From contig CAVSWE010000003.1 of the NCBI GenBank assembly GCA_963731595.1, positions 172,948 to 236,947 of the forward strand: a stretch of 64,000 nucleotides of DNA. The letters run 5' to 3'. This stretch comes from an uncultured delta proteobacterium (lineage in GTDB: Bacteria; Myxococcota_A; Polyangia; Polyangiales; Polyangiaceae). Both the position numbers and the translations under genes were made by a program. How positions within the stretch are numbered: position 1 is the stretch's first letter; every line of letters starts with the position of its first letter. Positions 8,944 through 22,656 of the stretch are shown one piece after another. The notes under the pieces are model-generated. The model ran no database searches, was not told the origin of the DNA, and saw only the letters and a list, made by a program, of their open reading frames with translations.

Positions 8944-9730
8944 GCGGCCTCGAGCTCTCGGAGGGCGTCGGCAATCGCGTCCGGCGCGAGCAGCGAGACG
9001 GCGTGCGCGACGCCCGGGAGCATGACGAGGCGCGCGCGCGGGAGCAGGCGCGCGAGCCGCCGTCCGTTCTCCGGCGGCACCAGGATGTCCTCCGCGCCGT
9101 GAATCACGACGGTCGGCTGCTCGACGCGACCGAGGCCGGCGCCGGTCCAGTTCGTCATCACGGCGAAGAAGTGCCGCCCGAACGTCTGCATCGAGAGCGG
9201 GTCCTGCTCGAGCGCCGCGGGCCAGCGGGCGAGGTGGACGTCGGCGCGATCGAGCTCGGCCTCCGGCAAGAGGAGGCGATTGAAACGACGCGTCGCGGCC
9301 TCGTCGTGACGCGCGCGGGGCGCGGTCAAGAGGAGGCGCAGCGTGCTCGGCGCCGGGAGCTTGGCGTGAGGGTGGCCCGGCGTCGTCGCGAGCAGGACGA
9401 GCGAGCGCACGTCGCGCGGGTGCCGCATCGCGACGTGCTGCGCGATCATGCCGCCCATCGAGATCCCGACGACGATAGCGGGGCCCGCGCCGGCCTCGCG
9501 GATCACGCGCGCGACGTCGTCGGCCATCTGCGGCAGACGGTACGGCCGACGAGGCTTGTCGCTGCGCCCCGTGCCGCGGTTGTCGAGCACGATCACACGC
9601 GGCACGCCGCGCGCGAGGAGCCGCTCCGGCTGGTCGAACCAAAAGCGCGACGAGAGCCCGAGCCCTTGCACGAGCACGACCGCGGGCCCGCTCGACGCGC
9701 CGCGCGACTCCCAATGAATCCCGACCTGCA

Positions 9731-9731
<1 letters not shown>
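8940..9731 (-). CDS. Alpha/beta-hydrolase fold protein (263 aa).
   Basis: MQVGIHWESRG start, HGxG oxyanion region (VVLVQGLGLS), nucleophile elbow GISMGG, C-terminal His region. Its ATG overlaps the stop of the upstream gene. Confidence 0.8.
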
Positions 9732-10990
<1,259 letters not shown>

Positions 10991-11040
10991 GGGGATCGTT
11001 ATAGCACCGGGGCGGCTCCCCCCGCTCGTGGTCGGGCGCC

Positions 11041-12918
11041 TTACGCCGGCGGGTTCTCTTCGCCGCCCTCGGCCGGTCCGTACATCTTCTCCGCGATGGC
11101 GAACACCATCGCCTCGAGCGTCTGGTGCGCCTCGCGGATGTTCGCGACTTCGCCGCCGTTGTCGAGGAGGTTGCGGAGGTGCGCGGCCTGTTTGCGCGCG
11201 CCGTCGAGCACGTCGGCTTCGACGAGGTCCGCGTAGCCGTCGAGCGCGGCGCTCGTCGTGTAGAGGAGCGTCTCGGCCTGGTTCTTCAGCTCGGCGAGCT
11301 CGCGGCGCATGTCGTCCGCCTGGCGGAATTCTTCGCCGTCGGCGACGAGGCGGCTCACGTCGTCTTGCGAGAGACCGCTCGTCGCGGTGATCTTCATCGT
11401 CTGCACGCGGTTGGTGCCGAGGTCCTTGGCCTCGATCGAGACGACGCCGTTGGCGTCGATCTTGAAGGTCACCTGAATCTTCGGGACGCCGCGCGGCGCG
11501 GGCGGGATGCCGGTGAGCTCGAAGTGGGCGAGCGAGCGGTTGTCGGCGGCCATCGTGCGCTCGCCTTGCAGGATGTGGATCGGCACGAACGACTGGTTGT
11601 CGACGCTCGTCGTGAAGATCTCGCTCTTCTCCGTCGGGATGGTCGTGTTGCGTCCGATGAGCGGCGTGAAGACGCCGCCGCCGGTCTCGACGCCGAGCGA
11701 GAGCGGCGTCACGTCGAGGAGGAGCACCTCCACGTTGCCCTCGCCCTGGAGCACCGCGCCTTGGAGCGCTGCGCCCGCCGCGACGACCTCGTCCGGGTTC
11801 ACGCCCTTGTGCGGCTCCTTGCCGAAGAACTCTTTGACCGCCTTCTGCACCGCCGGCATGCGCGTCATGCCGCCGACCAGCACGATGTTGTGGATGTCGG
11901 ACGGCGTGAGCTTCGCGTCGGCGAGCGCGCGCCTGCAGGGCTCGAGCGTCGCGTCGATCAGGTCCTGCGTGAGGAGCTCGAAGTCGGTGCGCGTCAGCGT
12001 CCGCACGACGTGGAGCGGCTCTCCCTTGGTGCTCGTCGCCACGAAAGGCAGATTGATTTCAGTCTCCAGCGACGACGAAAGCTCGTGTTTGGCCTTCTCC
12101 GACGCTTCCTTCAAACGCTGAAGTGCCATGCGGTCTTTGCGCAAATCGACGCCGTTCTCTTTTTCGAACGTCTCGGCGATCGCGTCGATCAGCCGCTGGT
12201 CGAAATCCTCGCCGCCGAGGTGCGTGTCGCCGTTGGTCGCCTTGACCGAGAAGACGCCGCTCTGGATCTCGAGGATCGAGATGTCGAACGTGCCGCCGCC
12301 GAGGTCGTACACCGCGACGCGCTCCGTCTGCTTCTTCTCGAGGCCGTACGCGAGCGCGGCCGCCGTGGGCTCGTTGATGATTCGTTTGACGTCGAGGCCC
12401 GCGATCTTGCCGGCGTCCTTCGTCGCCTGGCGCTGCGCGTCGTCGAAATACGCGGGGACCGTCACGACGGCGTCGGTGACCGGCTCGCCGAGAAACGCCT
12501 CGGCGATCTCCTTCATCTTCGCGAGGATGTACGACGAGACCTCGGGCGGCGACATCTCGCGGCCGCCGAGCGCCACCCACGCATCCCCGTTGGGTGCTTC
12601 GATGATTCGAAAGGGCGCGAGTTTGAGCTGCCGCTGGACCTCCTCGTCGCCGAACTTACGGCCCATGAGACGCTTCACCGCGTAGACGGTGTTGGTCGCG
12701 TTGGTGACCGCCTGACGCTTGGCCGCCTGCCCGACGAGACGCTCGCCGCTCACCGGAAATCCGACGACCGACGGCGTCGTCCGCGCGCCCTCCGCGTTCG
12801 GGATGATGCGCACCTCGAGCTTGGCCGGTTGAGATTTCGCACCCGCCGCGACGTGTGTCTCCACGACCGCGACGCACGAGTTCGTGGTCCCGAGGTCGAT
12901 GCCGATGATCTTCCCCAT
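11041..12918 (-). CDS. dnaK: Molecular chaperone DnaK (Hsp70).
   Basis: [26 protein letters not shown] and [11 protein letters not shown] signatures; 625 aa full length. Confidence 0.98.
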   Translation of the reverse strand: MGKIIGIDLGTTNSCVAVVETHVAAGAKSQPAKLEVRIIPNAEGARTTPSVVGFPVSGERLVGQAAKRQAVTNATNTVYAVKRLMGRKFGDEEVQRQLKLAPFRIIEAPNGDAWVALGGREMSPPEVSSYILAKMKEIAEAFLGEPVTDAVVTVPAYFDDAQRQATKDAGKIAGLDVKRIINEPTAAALAYGLEKKQTERVAVYDLGGGTFDISILEIQSGVFSVKATNGDTHLGGEDFDQRLIDAIAETFEKENGVDLRKDRMALQRLKEASEKAKHELSSSLETEINLPFVATSTKGEPLHVVRTLTRTDFELLTQDLIDATLEPCRRALADAKLTPSDIHNIVLVGGMTRMPAVQKAVKEFFGKEPHKGVNPDEVVAAGAALQGAVLQGEGNVEVLLLDVTPLSLGVETGGGVFTPLIGRNTTIPTEKSEIFTTSVDNQSFVPIHILQGERTMAADNRSLAHFELTGIPPAPRGVPKIQVTFKIDANGVVSIEAKDLGTNRVQTMKITATSGLSQDDVSRLVADGEEFRQADDMRRELAELKNQAETLLYTTSAALDGYADLVEADVLDGARKQAAHLRNLLDNGGEVANIREAHQTLEAMVFAIAEKMYGPAEGGEENPPA

Positions 12919-12933
12919 CGCGGGCTTACAGTA

Positions 12934-13476
12934 TCAGCTCGACTTGGGCTTTGCGACGACGACCATGGCCGCACGCACCAGGCGCTCGCCCTCCCGATAG
13001 CCGGGCTGCACCTCGGCCACGACGGTGCCGGGCGGGTGCTCGTCGGTCTCGATCTGCTGAATCGCCTCGTGCATCGACGGGTCGAACATCGCGCCCACCG
13101 TCGCGACACGCGCGATTCCCGCGCGGCCGAGCGTGTTGTCGAACTGCTTGAGGACCATCGCGATGCCGTCCGACACGGCCTTCACGTCGGTCGCCTTTTG
13201 CGCGCTCTGGATGGCGCGCTCGAGGTTGTCGAAGACCGGCAGGAGGTCCTTCAAGAGGTCGTCGCGGCCGCCACGGCGCGCGTCGTCGAGCTCGCGCTTG
13301 GTGCGCTTTCGGAAATTGTCGAAGTCGGCCGCCGTGCGGACGAGCATGTCCTTCAGCTTGGCCGCCTCCTCGAGCGCCTTCTCCAGCTCGTTGGGCGCAG
13401 GTAGGTCCGGCGGGGGCTCGCCCGACTCGGCGGCCTCGGCCTCTTGGTCCGTAGTCGTGTCCTGCGGATCGCTCAT
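12934..13476 (-). CDS. grpE: Nucleotide exchange factor GrpE.
   Basis: C-terminal 180 aa of the track ORF. Acidic N-terminus, coiled-coil FDNFRKRTKRE, and a C-terminal beta-domain typical of GrpE. Lies 15 nt upstream of dnaK. Confidence 0.9.
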   Translation of the reverse strand: MSDPQDTTTDQEAEAAESGEPPPDLPAPNELEKALEEAAKLKDMLVRTAADFDNFRKRTKRELDDARRGGRDDLLKDLLPVFDNLERAIQSAQKATDVKAVSDGIAMVLKQFDNTLGRAGIARVATVGAMFDPSMHEAIQQIETDEHPPGTVVAEVQPGYREGERLVRAAMVVVAKPKSS

Positions 13477-14177
13477 GTGTCGGACAGGGTAAGTACGCTC
13501 TCGGCCTTCTGCACAGAAAAATACAACCCGCGGGCGTAGAGGCGCCGGCGATCGCGCTCCGACAAGTCGCCGCGGCGCGCGCGGACGGCGTGGTCGAGGA
13601 GGATCGCTGCCGTGACGCTCACGTTCAGGCTGTCGACGAACCCGCGCATGGGGACGCGCACGCGGTGCGTGCACGCGGCCTCGAGCTCGGCCGTGATTCC
13701 GTCGCGCTCGTTGCCGAGGACGAGCGCAAAGCGCGGGATCGAGGCCAAATCCTCGGGCAAGAGCTCGCCCGCGGGGTGTGCGCCGACGAGCGCCATGCCG
13801 CTCGCGCGGAGCGTCGCGATGGCCTCGGAGGATGACGCGTGGCGGACGACGTCGACCCACTTCTGCGCGCCGCGGGCCACCGAGCTCGCCGCCAAGAACT
13901 GCTCTTTTCGCTCGACGACGTGGACGGTCTGAACGCCGAACGCCTCGCACGATCGCACGACGGCGGCGCCGTTGAACGGGTCGTGGGGGGCGTCGAACAA
14001 GACGGTGACGCTCTCGAGACGCGAGTCGATGACGCCGAGGAGCCGCTCGCGACGCCGGTCGAGGACAAGCGGTTCGAGCACGCGGATCACGCGCTCGGGA
14101 TCGTGCCGTTCGAGGCGCGCGATTCGCAAAGGGACGAGGGCGTCGGCGTCGATGACGCCGGCGGTGCTTCTACGCAT
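13473..14177 (-). CDS. SpoU/TrmH-family RNA 2'-O-methyltransferase.
   Basis: SpoU motifs LVLGNERDGIT and VPMRGFVDSLNVSVTAAILL. Its stop overlaps the grpE start (ATGA). Confidence 0.85.
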   Translation of the reverse strand: MRRSTAGVIDADALVPLRIARLERHDPERVIRVLEPLVLDRRRERLLGVIDSRLESVTVLFDAPHDPFNGAAVVRSCEAFGVQTVHVVERKEQFLAASSVARGAQKWVDVVRHASSSEAIATLRASGMALVGAHPAGELLPEDLASIPRFALVLGNERDGITAELEAACTHRVRVPMRGFVDSLNVSVTAAILLDHAVRARRGDLSERDRRRLYARGLYFSVQKAESVLTLSDT

Positions 14178-14276
14178 GGGGTCGTTCGTAAAGAGATTAC
14201 CAAATCCCTGAAATTGTGGCCTGCTGGGGGTTCGGCGCTACGCTTTTTCGGGCGCCTCCGTCCAACGCTCAGGCCC

Positions 14277-17200
14277 ATGACGCGCGTTTCGCTTGCACCC
14301 TCGTCCAGCCTCCCGGCGCCCCCGCGCCGGCGGCGCCGAGGTCCACGCGTCGGGCGCGCCCTCGCGCGCGCGCTGTCGCTCGTTTTGGCGCTCGCGGGCG
14401 TCCTTCCGCTCGCGGCGATCGGCTTCGTTCGCTCGGCCTACGCGCGCGAGTGGGCGATGCGCGAGACCGCCAAGGCGCTCCGCGAGCAGGGGATCGTGGC
14501 GCGTTTCGACGTCGTGCCGCATTTGTGGCCGCTCTCGCTCGAGCTCGCGAACGTGCGCATCGACTCGTCCGACGGCGGCGGTCCGGCGCTCACGGCGCGC
14601 AAGGCCACGGTGCACCCGCGCTTTTTCGCCCTGATGAGCGGCAAGCTGCTCATCCAGCAGATCGACATCGAGGCGCCCCATGCGCGCATCGTTCTCGCGC
14701 ACGGCGAGCTCCGGAATCTCGCCGTCAAGCTGCCGGAGTCGAAGCAGAAGTCGTCCGGACCTCTGCATCTGCCGTTCGACGGCTTTTCGATCACCGACGG
14801 CGACGTCGACCTGACCATCGACGACGTCCGCGTCCAGGCGCACCAGCTCGATCTCGACGTGCAGAACGAGGACGACGCCGAGCGCGGGTCGTCGCTCGAG
14901 ATTGCGCTGCGCGCCGGCGAGAGCTACGTCGTGCGACACCGCGGCACGGACGGCGCGGGCGCGTTCGACGAGGACGCGATTCTGCTCGCTCGACGCGCGC
15001 GTGCGGCTCACGCCCGACGAGGTCGCGGTGCGCCGCCTCGAGCTCCACGGCGCCGCCGACCTGGACCCGGGCGCGAACACGACGCCCGCGTGCCGCCTCG
15101 CCGCCGACGACCCGCGCCGCGTGGAGCTCGAGCTGAACCACGCGCGCATGCGCCTGCCGAAGGACGGCAACCCGCCGGACGACGCGAGCGGTCACGTACG
15201 CGCGCGCGCGCCGATCGCGATCGCCTCGCGCTTCGCGAAGACTCCGAGCATCGGCGGCTGGGCGGGGATCGACGCCGACGTCCGCCTCGCGCCAGGCATG
15301 CAGCTCCCCGAGGTGACCGGCAAGATCACCGCGGGCGACGTGCGCGTCGAGCAGTTCCACTTCGCCGACTCGGTCGACGCCGAGATCGCGATCGCGAACA
15401 ACGTCGTCCGGAGCTCGAGCACGATCGTCAAGCTCGCCGGCGGCACGGTGCGGCTGAAGGGCGTGCACGTCGAGCCGCTCGCGATGACGCTCGGGGCGTC
15501 GGCGGACATCGACTCGATTGACTTCGCCGAGCTCATGCGCGCGCTCGGCGTCGCCGACCACCCGCACGTCGCCTGGGACGTCGTCGACATCCACATGCCG
15601 AATTTCGGCGGGTCGCTCTCGCCGCTCAAGCTCGACGGCGACTTCACGACGACGACGCGCAACTTCGCGGTGTTCGATCGATGGCTGAAGGACCCCGCGC
15701 GGCAGCGGGTCATCGGGTTCAACGAGGCCAAGCTCTCCGCGCACCTCGCGGTGCGTCCCGACTCGGTGCAGTTCAAGAACGCGCGCGGGGACACGGGCCG
15801 GACGCACGTCGAGGGCGGGTTCGTGCTCCTCGGGTTCCACAACGATCTCCGCGTCGACGTGCCGAAGGCGCACGTCGATCTCGCCGACATCACGCCGCTC
15901 GCGGGCACGTCAATCGCGGGCATCGCGGACGTGAAGGTCGCCGTCGGCCCGAAGATGAACGACCCGAAGGTGACCGGAGAAGGCAGCGTCAACGGGTTCT
16001 CGATCGCCGACATGGCGTTCGGAAACGTCACGCAGCTCAAAGCCGAGGTGACGCGCGCCGGCGAGGCGCAGGTGCTCGCGCTCTCGGACGTGAAGGCGAC
16101 GAAGAACAAGAGCACGTACGAGATGCCGCAGGGGCGCGTGCAGTTCGGCGGCGACGCGAGCATGAAGATGGACGCGTCGGTGCACGCGACCGTGCTGAAC
16201 CTCCGCGACCTGCTCGACGTCTTCAAGCTGAGCGACGACCCGCGCTTCGACGGCATCGACGGCAACCTCTCGGGCGACACGACGCTCCACTTCGTGCTCG
16301 GCGGGCCCGAGGACAAATGCGGCGGCGGCGCGATCTCCGCTGCACGCGAGCCCGCACCTCTCGGCGGTCGATCTCTTCGGCGAGAAATTCGACGACGGCG
16401 ACGCGGACCTCGACTTGCGCTGGCGCGACCGGCTCGCGGGCTTCCAGGGCGCCGATCTCGACGTGCACGCGTTCACGCTCCACAAAGTGCGGCGCGAGCG
16501 CGACGGCACGACGTTCGGCTCGCTCCTCGGGTCGGCGACGATCAAACCGGGCGGGATCCTGCGCGGGAACGTGGTCCTCGAGGGCGTGCCGCTCTCGCGT
16601 CTCCAGACGCTCGGCAAGATCGCCCCGGAGCTCGAGGGCACGGTCTCGGGGCTCGCGCAGGTGAGCGGGACGCTCGACGCGTTCACGGCGGACGCCGACG
16701 TCGACGTCTCGCCCATCCACGTGCGGAGCGCGGACCTCGGCGCGTCGAAGCTCCACCTCACGATGACGCAGCTCCCGTCGAAGGCGCGGATCGTGGGGCA
16801 CACGACGTGCGGCGGGCCGATCGGCGCGCAGTTCGACAAGGACGCGTACGTGAAGGACACGTCGTCGCACGGCGACTACGTCGTGAGCGGCGATCTCTTC
16901 GGCGGGCAGGTGCACCTCGATCGCGTCACGGCGTCGCGCGCCAGGCAAATGGAGATCTCCGGCGCGGTCAAGCTGCGTGACTTCGCGATCGCCTCGATCG
17001 TGAAGGCGCTGGGCAAGAACGAGGGCTCGCTCGCGAAGCTCACCGGGCAGCTCTCCGGCGACGTCACGATCGACCGGTTGCGTCAGGGCGACTACGCGTC
17101 GGCCTCGGCGAGATTCGTCCCGGCGTCGCTCTCGATCGAGCAGGACGGCAAGAAGCTCGTGCTGAAGCCGACGGGCGCGCCGATCGTGCTCGGCGGCGGC

Positions 17201-18703
17201 AAGGTGACCGTGCCGCCGCTCGAGCTCGATCTCTCCGCGGGCGAGGGCGTGACCGGCGCCGTCACGGTGCAGGGCGGCGTGCGCGATCCGTTCGGCGATC
17301 CGACGCTCGATCTCCGCGCCGATCTCGCGCCGGTGGATTTGTCGGTGCTCGCGGGCGTCGTTCCGAAGCTCGATCGCGCGAGCGGCTCGCTCTCGGGCAG
17401 CGTGCGCGTGACCGGGCGCGCGGGAGATCCCCAGGTCGACGGCGCGGCGAGCGTGCGCGCGAGCGAGCTCGCGATTCGCGGCATGCCCTCGCCGGTCAAC
17501 GACGTCGCGGTCGATCTGCGCGCCGACGCGTCCGAGGTGCGGGTGGCGCGCGGCACGGCGAAATTCGCCGGCGGCACGCTGGTGCTCGGCGGGCGCGTGC
17601 CGATCCGCAACCTCGGGCTCGGCAACGTCGAGCTGACGCTCGCGGCGCGCAACGTCCGCCTCGCGCCCGCGCAGGGCATCACCGCGGCGCTCGACGCCGA
17701 TCTCCAGCTCGCCTTCGAGGACAGCGGCCTCGACAAGCGGAAGCTCCCGCACCTCACCGGCGACGTCGTCGTCGCGTCGCTCGAGTACACGAGGCCGATC
17801 AACGTCGTCGGCGATCTCGGGTCGTTCGGCTCCGCGAAGCGCACCGACATCGAGACGTACGATCCGTCGCTCGACGCGATCACGATGGATCTCCGCGTCC
17901 GGGCGAAGACGCCGCTCCGCATCAAGAACAACCTGGTCGAGGCGCAGATCGCGCTCGACAACGCGCTCGTCGTCTCCGGCACGAACCAGCGCTTCGGCTT
18001 GCGCGGCGAGATGCACGCGCTGCCCGGCGGGCGGCTGCGGCTGCCGTTCGGGACGAGCGTGTTCGACATCCAGCAGGCGATCATCCGGCTCGACGACCCG
18101 ACGCGCATCGCGCCGCACGTCGACATCCAGGCGACGACCGAGTACCGCCGCACCTCGGCGCAGAGCTCGAGCGGCTCGAGCTCGACCGGCAGCGCGACGG
18201 GCTCGACGTGGCGCATCGCGCTCCACGCCTACGGCGACACGAACGATCTCAAGATCGATCTCACGAGCGACCCGTCGCTCCAGCAGGAGGACATCGTGCT
18301 CCTCCTGACGGTCGGCATCACGCGCGCCGAGGCGGACCAGATCCAGGCCGGGACGCTCGGCGCCGGCATCGCGCTCGAGGCGCTCTCGACCATCACGAAC
18401 GCGTCGACGGCGGTGAAACAGGCCGTCCCCGTGATCGACGACTTCGGCTTCGGCAGCGCGTACTCGCCGCGCACCGGGCGCAACGAGCCGACGGTCACGG
18501 TCGGCAAACGCATCACGAGGAACGTGAGCGCGAACGTCTCGACGACGGTCTCCGGAACCAACGAGCTCTACGCCAACGTCATGTGGAGGCTCGGGAAGAA
18601 TTTCAGCGTCAACGGCTCATACGACAACGTGAACAATCAAGTAACATCCAGCGCGGTCGGGAACCTCGGCGTCGACTTGCGGTGGAGAGTTGAATTCCAA
18701 TAG
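14277..18703 (+). CDS. TamB-like translocation and assembly module protein (AsmA-like N-terminus, DUF490 C-terminus), with two apparent +1 frame shifts.
   Basis: N-terminal TM anchor (LSLVLALAGVLPLAAIGFV), long beta-rich repetitive body, C-terminal DUF490-like region. The reading frame moves 0 to 1 near 14950-15000 and 1 to 2 near 16320-16340 (a GGCGGCGGCG tract). All three segments have good coding composition. Confidence 0.8.
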
Positions 18704-21700
18704 AGCGCTGCTGATCCTCGCAGTCGCGATCGCGATCCTGATCGACGGGGGACGTGCGCGCGCCGGCGCGCCGATCAGCGTGACGCCGCTCGAGGTCCCG
18801 CCGGTCCCGAGGCTGAACCTGGGCGCGCCGCGGACGCCCCCGGCGCCGCCGGATTTGACCGCGTTCGTGGGCAAGCCGGTGCGTGGCGTCGACGTCGTGC
18901 AAGAGAACGATCCGTGGGACGACATCCCGCCGCCGGCGCTGAAGTCGGTGCGGGTCGGCGAGCCGTTTCGCGTCGATCTCGCGCGGGCGGCGCTCGTCGA
19001 GGCGCTCGCCACCGGGCTCTTCGGCGAGGCGCGGGTGGAGGTGCTCCCCGAGGGCGACGGCGTGCGGGTCCGCGTGCGCGCGGTCCCGCGTCGCATCATC
19101 GACTCGCTCCGCGTGGACGTGCACCGCGCGCCCGTCGACCGCGAGGAGATCCTCCACGAGGCGCAGCTCGAGGAGGGCGGCGAGCTGCTCGGAGACGAGA
19201 TCGTCCTACGAAAGCGACGGATCCGCGCGCTGCTCGCGCGACGCGGCTTCCCCGACTCGCGCGTGGACATCACGACGCGCCAGACCGACAAGCCGACGCG
19301 CGTGCTCGTCTTGCTCGACGTGGGCGCTGGCGAGCCGCGCAAGGTCGGACGGCGCGTCTTCTACGTGTTCGGCGCCAAGCCGGACGACCTCGCGCAGCAC
19401 ACCAAGACGTACGAGGTCGACGCCGGCGATCGCGCCGACGAGACCGCGCTCCAGCAAGCCGACGTCGCGCTCGAGGCGCGCCTCCGCGCGGCCGGCTACT
19501 ACGACGCGGCGGTCAAGCACGACCTCGTCCTCGCGCGCTATGCGGTCGCCGGATTCTTCTGGAGGCGGCGAGTCGGTGGTCACGCTGCGCGTCCGGGTCG
19601 ACAGCGGCCCGCGCTACTTCACGCGCTTCGAAGGCAACGAGCGCTACGACGCCGGCACCTTGCAGACGGCGCTCGGTCTCGACAGCGATCCCGACACCGG
19701 CGAGCAGCACCTCGCGGAGAAGCTCCGTCGCTACTACGTCTCGCGCGGTTTCCTCGACGTGCAGATCGCCTACGAGCTCCGCGGGCGGAGCACCGATCCG
19801 ACGCGCTACCTCGTCTTTCGCGTGCGCGAGGGTCATCGCGTGGTCGTCTCGACGCGCGACTACCCGTGCGTGCACCCGCAAGACATCGCGCACCTGAGCG
19901 CCGGCGGCCCGTCGTCGGCGTCCGCGATCGGGCACGAGATCGACAGCTTCCTCGACGAGGATCTCCCCGGCGCGGATTTCCTCGCCGACCCGGACCCGCG
20001 GATCGTCGACCACGACCTCGGCGGCGGGAGCGGCTCGCGGGCGGTGCCGATCGATCTCGACCCCAACGCGACGTTCGCGCCCGACACGTACGACAAGGGC
20101 GTCGCGCACGTGCAGGATCTCTACCGAAACGAAGGCTTCTTGGGCGCGCTCGTCGGGCCGGTCCAGGTGCTGCGCCGGCGCTGCGATCCGCGCTCGCCGC
20201 CCGGCCGCTGCGTGCCCGTGGCGTTCAGTCAGCCGCTCCCGGACGCGTGCACCTTCGATCACAGCGGGCTGCCGCTCGCCGTCGCGCCGCTGGATCCGAG
20301 CTTCACGTGCGTGCCCGACCCCGCGCGCGGCGTCGAGTGCGAGCCTCGCGTTCGGCTGCGCATCCCCATCAAGCTCGGCCCGCGCACGTCGCTGCGAGAC
20401 ATCGCATTTTTCGGGGCGAAGTCGATCAGCGAGACGGAGCTCGCCGAGGCGGCGGACTTGAAGCCGGGGACGCCGGTGAGCGCGCTCGAGATCGACGAAG
20501 CGCGCCGTCGCATCGCCGACCGCTACCGCGAAGACGGCTTCTTCTACGCCGACGTGAAGTACACGCTCGAGCGCTCGCTCGACAACACGCAAGCGCGCGC
20601 GCGGTTCGACGTGATCGAGGGCGAGCGCGTCCTCGTCGGGCAAATCGTCATCCAGGGAAACGCGATCACCAACGAGTCGGTGATCCGCCGGCGCATCGCG
20701 CTCGAGGTGGGCAAGCCGTACCGCACGAGCGACGTGCGAAAGACGCAAGAGCGCATCGCGACGCTCAACGTCTTCACGAGCGTGAGCGTCGCCCTCCAAG
20801 ACCCGCAAGTGCCGCAGCACGAGAAGACGGTGATCATCACGGTCACCGAGAAGCCGACGCAGTACATCGAGCCGTCGCTCGGCTTCTCGAGCGGCGAAGG
20901 CGCGCGCGGCGCGCTCGAATACGGCTACACGAACCTGTTCGGCAGCGCGATCAGCGCGGTCGTCCGCGCGCGCGTGTCGTACCTGCCGGACTTTCTGATC
21001 TCGGACCCGACGATCCTCGCGAACTTCCAGAAGCTCAGCGTCGGCGAGCGCATCGCCTACCGGCTCACGCTGTCGCTCGGCTTCCCCGACATCGGGCTCG
21101 GGCCGACGGCGCGCGGCAACTTCGACGCGGCGTTCCTGCAGGACGTCGAGCGCTACTTCGTGATCCTGAAGGGCGCGCTCATCCCGACGGTGTACTTCCG
21201 TCCGAGCCGGCAGCACGCCTTCTCCGCGACGGCGAGCTTCGAGTACAACAACCTCAACGTCTTCAACAACCAGACGCCCGCCGAGGTCGTCGCGCTGAAC
21301 AACAACAACCTCGACGTCGTGCGACTGCTCCGCGCGCCCGAGGGCCAGAGCGCCGTCTTCTCGCAGCGCATCTCCTGGACCTGGGACCGCCGCGACAACG
21401 CGTTCAACGCGCACACCGGCACGTTCTTCAGCGTGAGCGCCGAGCACGTGAATTGGTTCCCGCTGGAGCTCCTGCCCAACCAGGCGGTGTGCGCGACCTG
21501 CCTCATGCTCCCGCCACCGAACCAGCCGCCGCCCAACGTGTCGCAGAGCGAGGCGCCGCTCGGCGGGCACTTCCTCAAGCTCGCGACGACGATTTCAGGC
21601 TATTTCCCGCTGCCGTTCCTGAAGAGCGTCACCTTCGCCGCCGAGCTCCGCGTCGGAGCGATCATCCAGCTCCAGTCGAGCTCGACCACGTACCCCGATC

Positions 21701-22092
21701 GTTTCTTCTTCATGGGCGGCATCGACTCGATGCGCAGCTTCCAGCAAGACAGCATGCTGCCGCAGGACGCCGTCGATCTGATCGCCCAGGGAAAGCTCAC
21801 CGCCGCGCAGGTCGCGATCCGCGGCGGCAACCTGCTCGTCAATCCGCGCGCCGAGCTTCGCATCCCGATCTCAGGGCCGTTCGAGACGGTGCTCTTCGTG
21901 GACGCGGGCAACCTCTGGCAGGACGCGACGTATCCGCTCGACCACGGGATCTCGCTGCGCGTCGCCGCGGGGACGGGCGTTCGTCTGCAGACGCCCGTCG
22001 GCCCGCTCGCGCTCGACTGGGGCTTCAACCTGACGCGCCACGATCAGTACGAGGACATCGGCGCGCTGAACTTCGCGATCGGTTTATTCTGA
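18690..22092 (+). CDS. Omp85/BamA-family outer-membrane protein (TamA/BamA-like, multiple POTRA domains plus beta-barrel), with one apparent +1 frame shift near 19550.
   Basis: Signal peptide RALLILAVAIAILIDG. POTRA-like repeats (VTLRVRVDSGPRYFTRFEGNERY). C-terminal barrel ending ...ALNFAIGLF (aromatic terminal residue). The TTG start overlaps the tamB stop region. Confidence 0.85.
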
Positions 22093-22225
22093 CGCTCCAC
22101 GGCCGACGACTCGCGCTGTGTTGTGCAAGCGAGCGGCAGCGTGAAGTCGCGGCCAGGCCGCCGCCGTGCGCCATCGGTCGCCCATTGACGCGAGGCGTCC
22201 GGCGATCTCACGAGTTAGGCCTGTT

Positions 22226-22588
22226 CTAAGCCGGCTGCGCGTGCACGCCGTTGGCGCCGACGGGGCGCGCCTTCTCGCGAATCTGGTAGATGCGCTTCTT
22301 CGTGAGGAGCTCGACCCACTCGACCGTGACCCACACGGGGCCGATCGCGAGGTACTTGAGGTCGCGCGTGAACGACGGCTTCTTGCCCTCGAAGAAGTGA
22401 CCGACGAACTGGAACGTCCAACCGGTGCCGAACATCCCGAGGCCGACGGGAGGCGCGAGCGGAATGACCGGGAGCGACGCGACGATCATCGGAATGCCGA
22501 TCATGTGGCAGACCTTGTTGATCGGGTTCTGGTGGTCCTCGCCGTATTGGCGCATGTAATCGTGGAACGTCATTTTCTCGTCGGGCAT
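22226..22588 (-). CDS. DUF962 (Mpo1-like) membrane protein.
   Basis: YGEDHQNPINKVCHMIGIPMIV motif and TM segments typical of the DUF962 family; 120 aa. Confidence 0.7.
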   Translation of the reverse strand: MPDEKMTFHDYMRQYGEDHQNPINKVCHMIGIPMIVASLPVIPLAPPVGLGMFGTGWTFQFVGHFFEGKKPSFTRDLKYLAIGPVWVTVEWVELLTKKRIYQIREKARPVGANGVHAQPA

Positions 22589-22656
22589 GGCGAGTACGAA
22601 TTTACCACGGGAAAAACCCGCTTGGCACGCGCCATTCGGCCGGCGAAGCTCTCGCC

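Noticed and set aside
11125-13404. 759-aa plus-strand ORF antisense to dnaK and grpE.
   Set aside because: Mirror-frame artefact. The dnaK and grpE frames are unambiguous.
14178-14276. Possible sigma-32 -10 element CCCCATGC in the spoU/tamB divergent intergenic region; CIRCE/HrcA operator searched for upstream of grpE and dnaK.
   Set aside because: The CCCCAT overlaps the spoU ATG itself (CCCCATG) and there is no matching TTGAAA -35 at 13-15 nt spacing. No TTAGCACTC-N9-GAGTGCTAA inverted repeat was found.
22093-22225. Intergenic region after the Omp85 gene inspected for a terminator or repeat.
   Set aside because: No convincing stem-loop or repeat was found; only GC-rich sequence.
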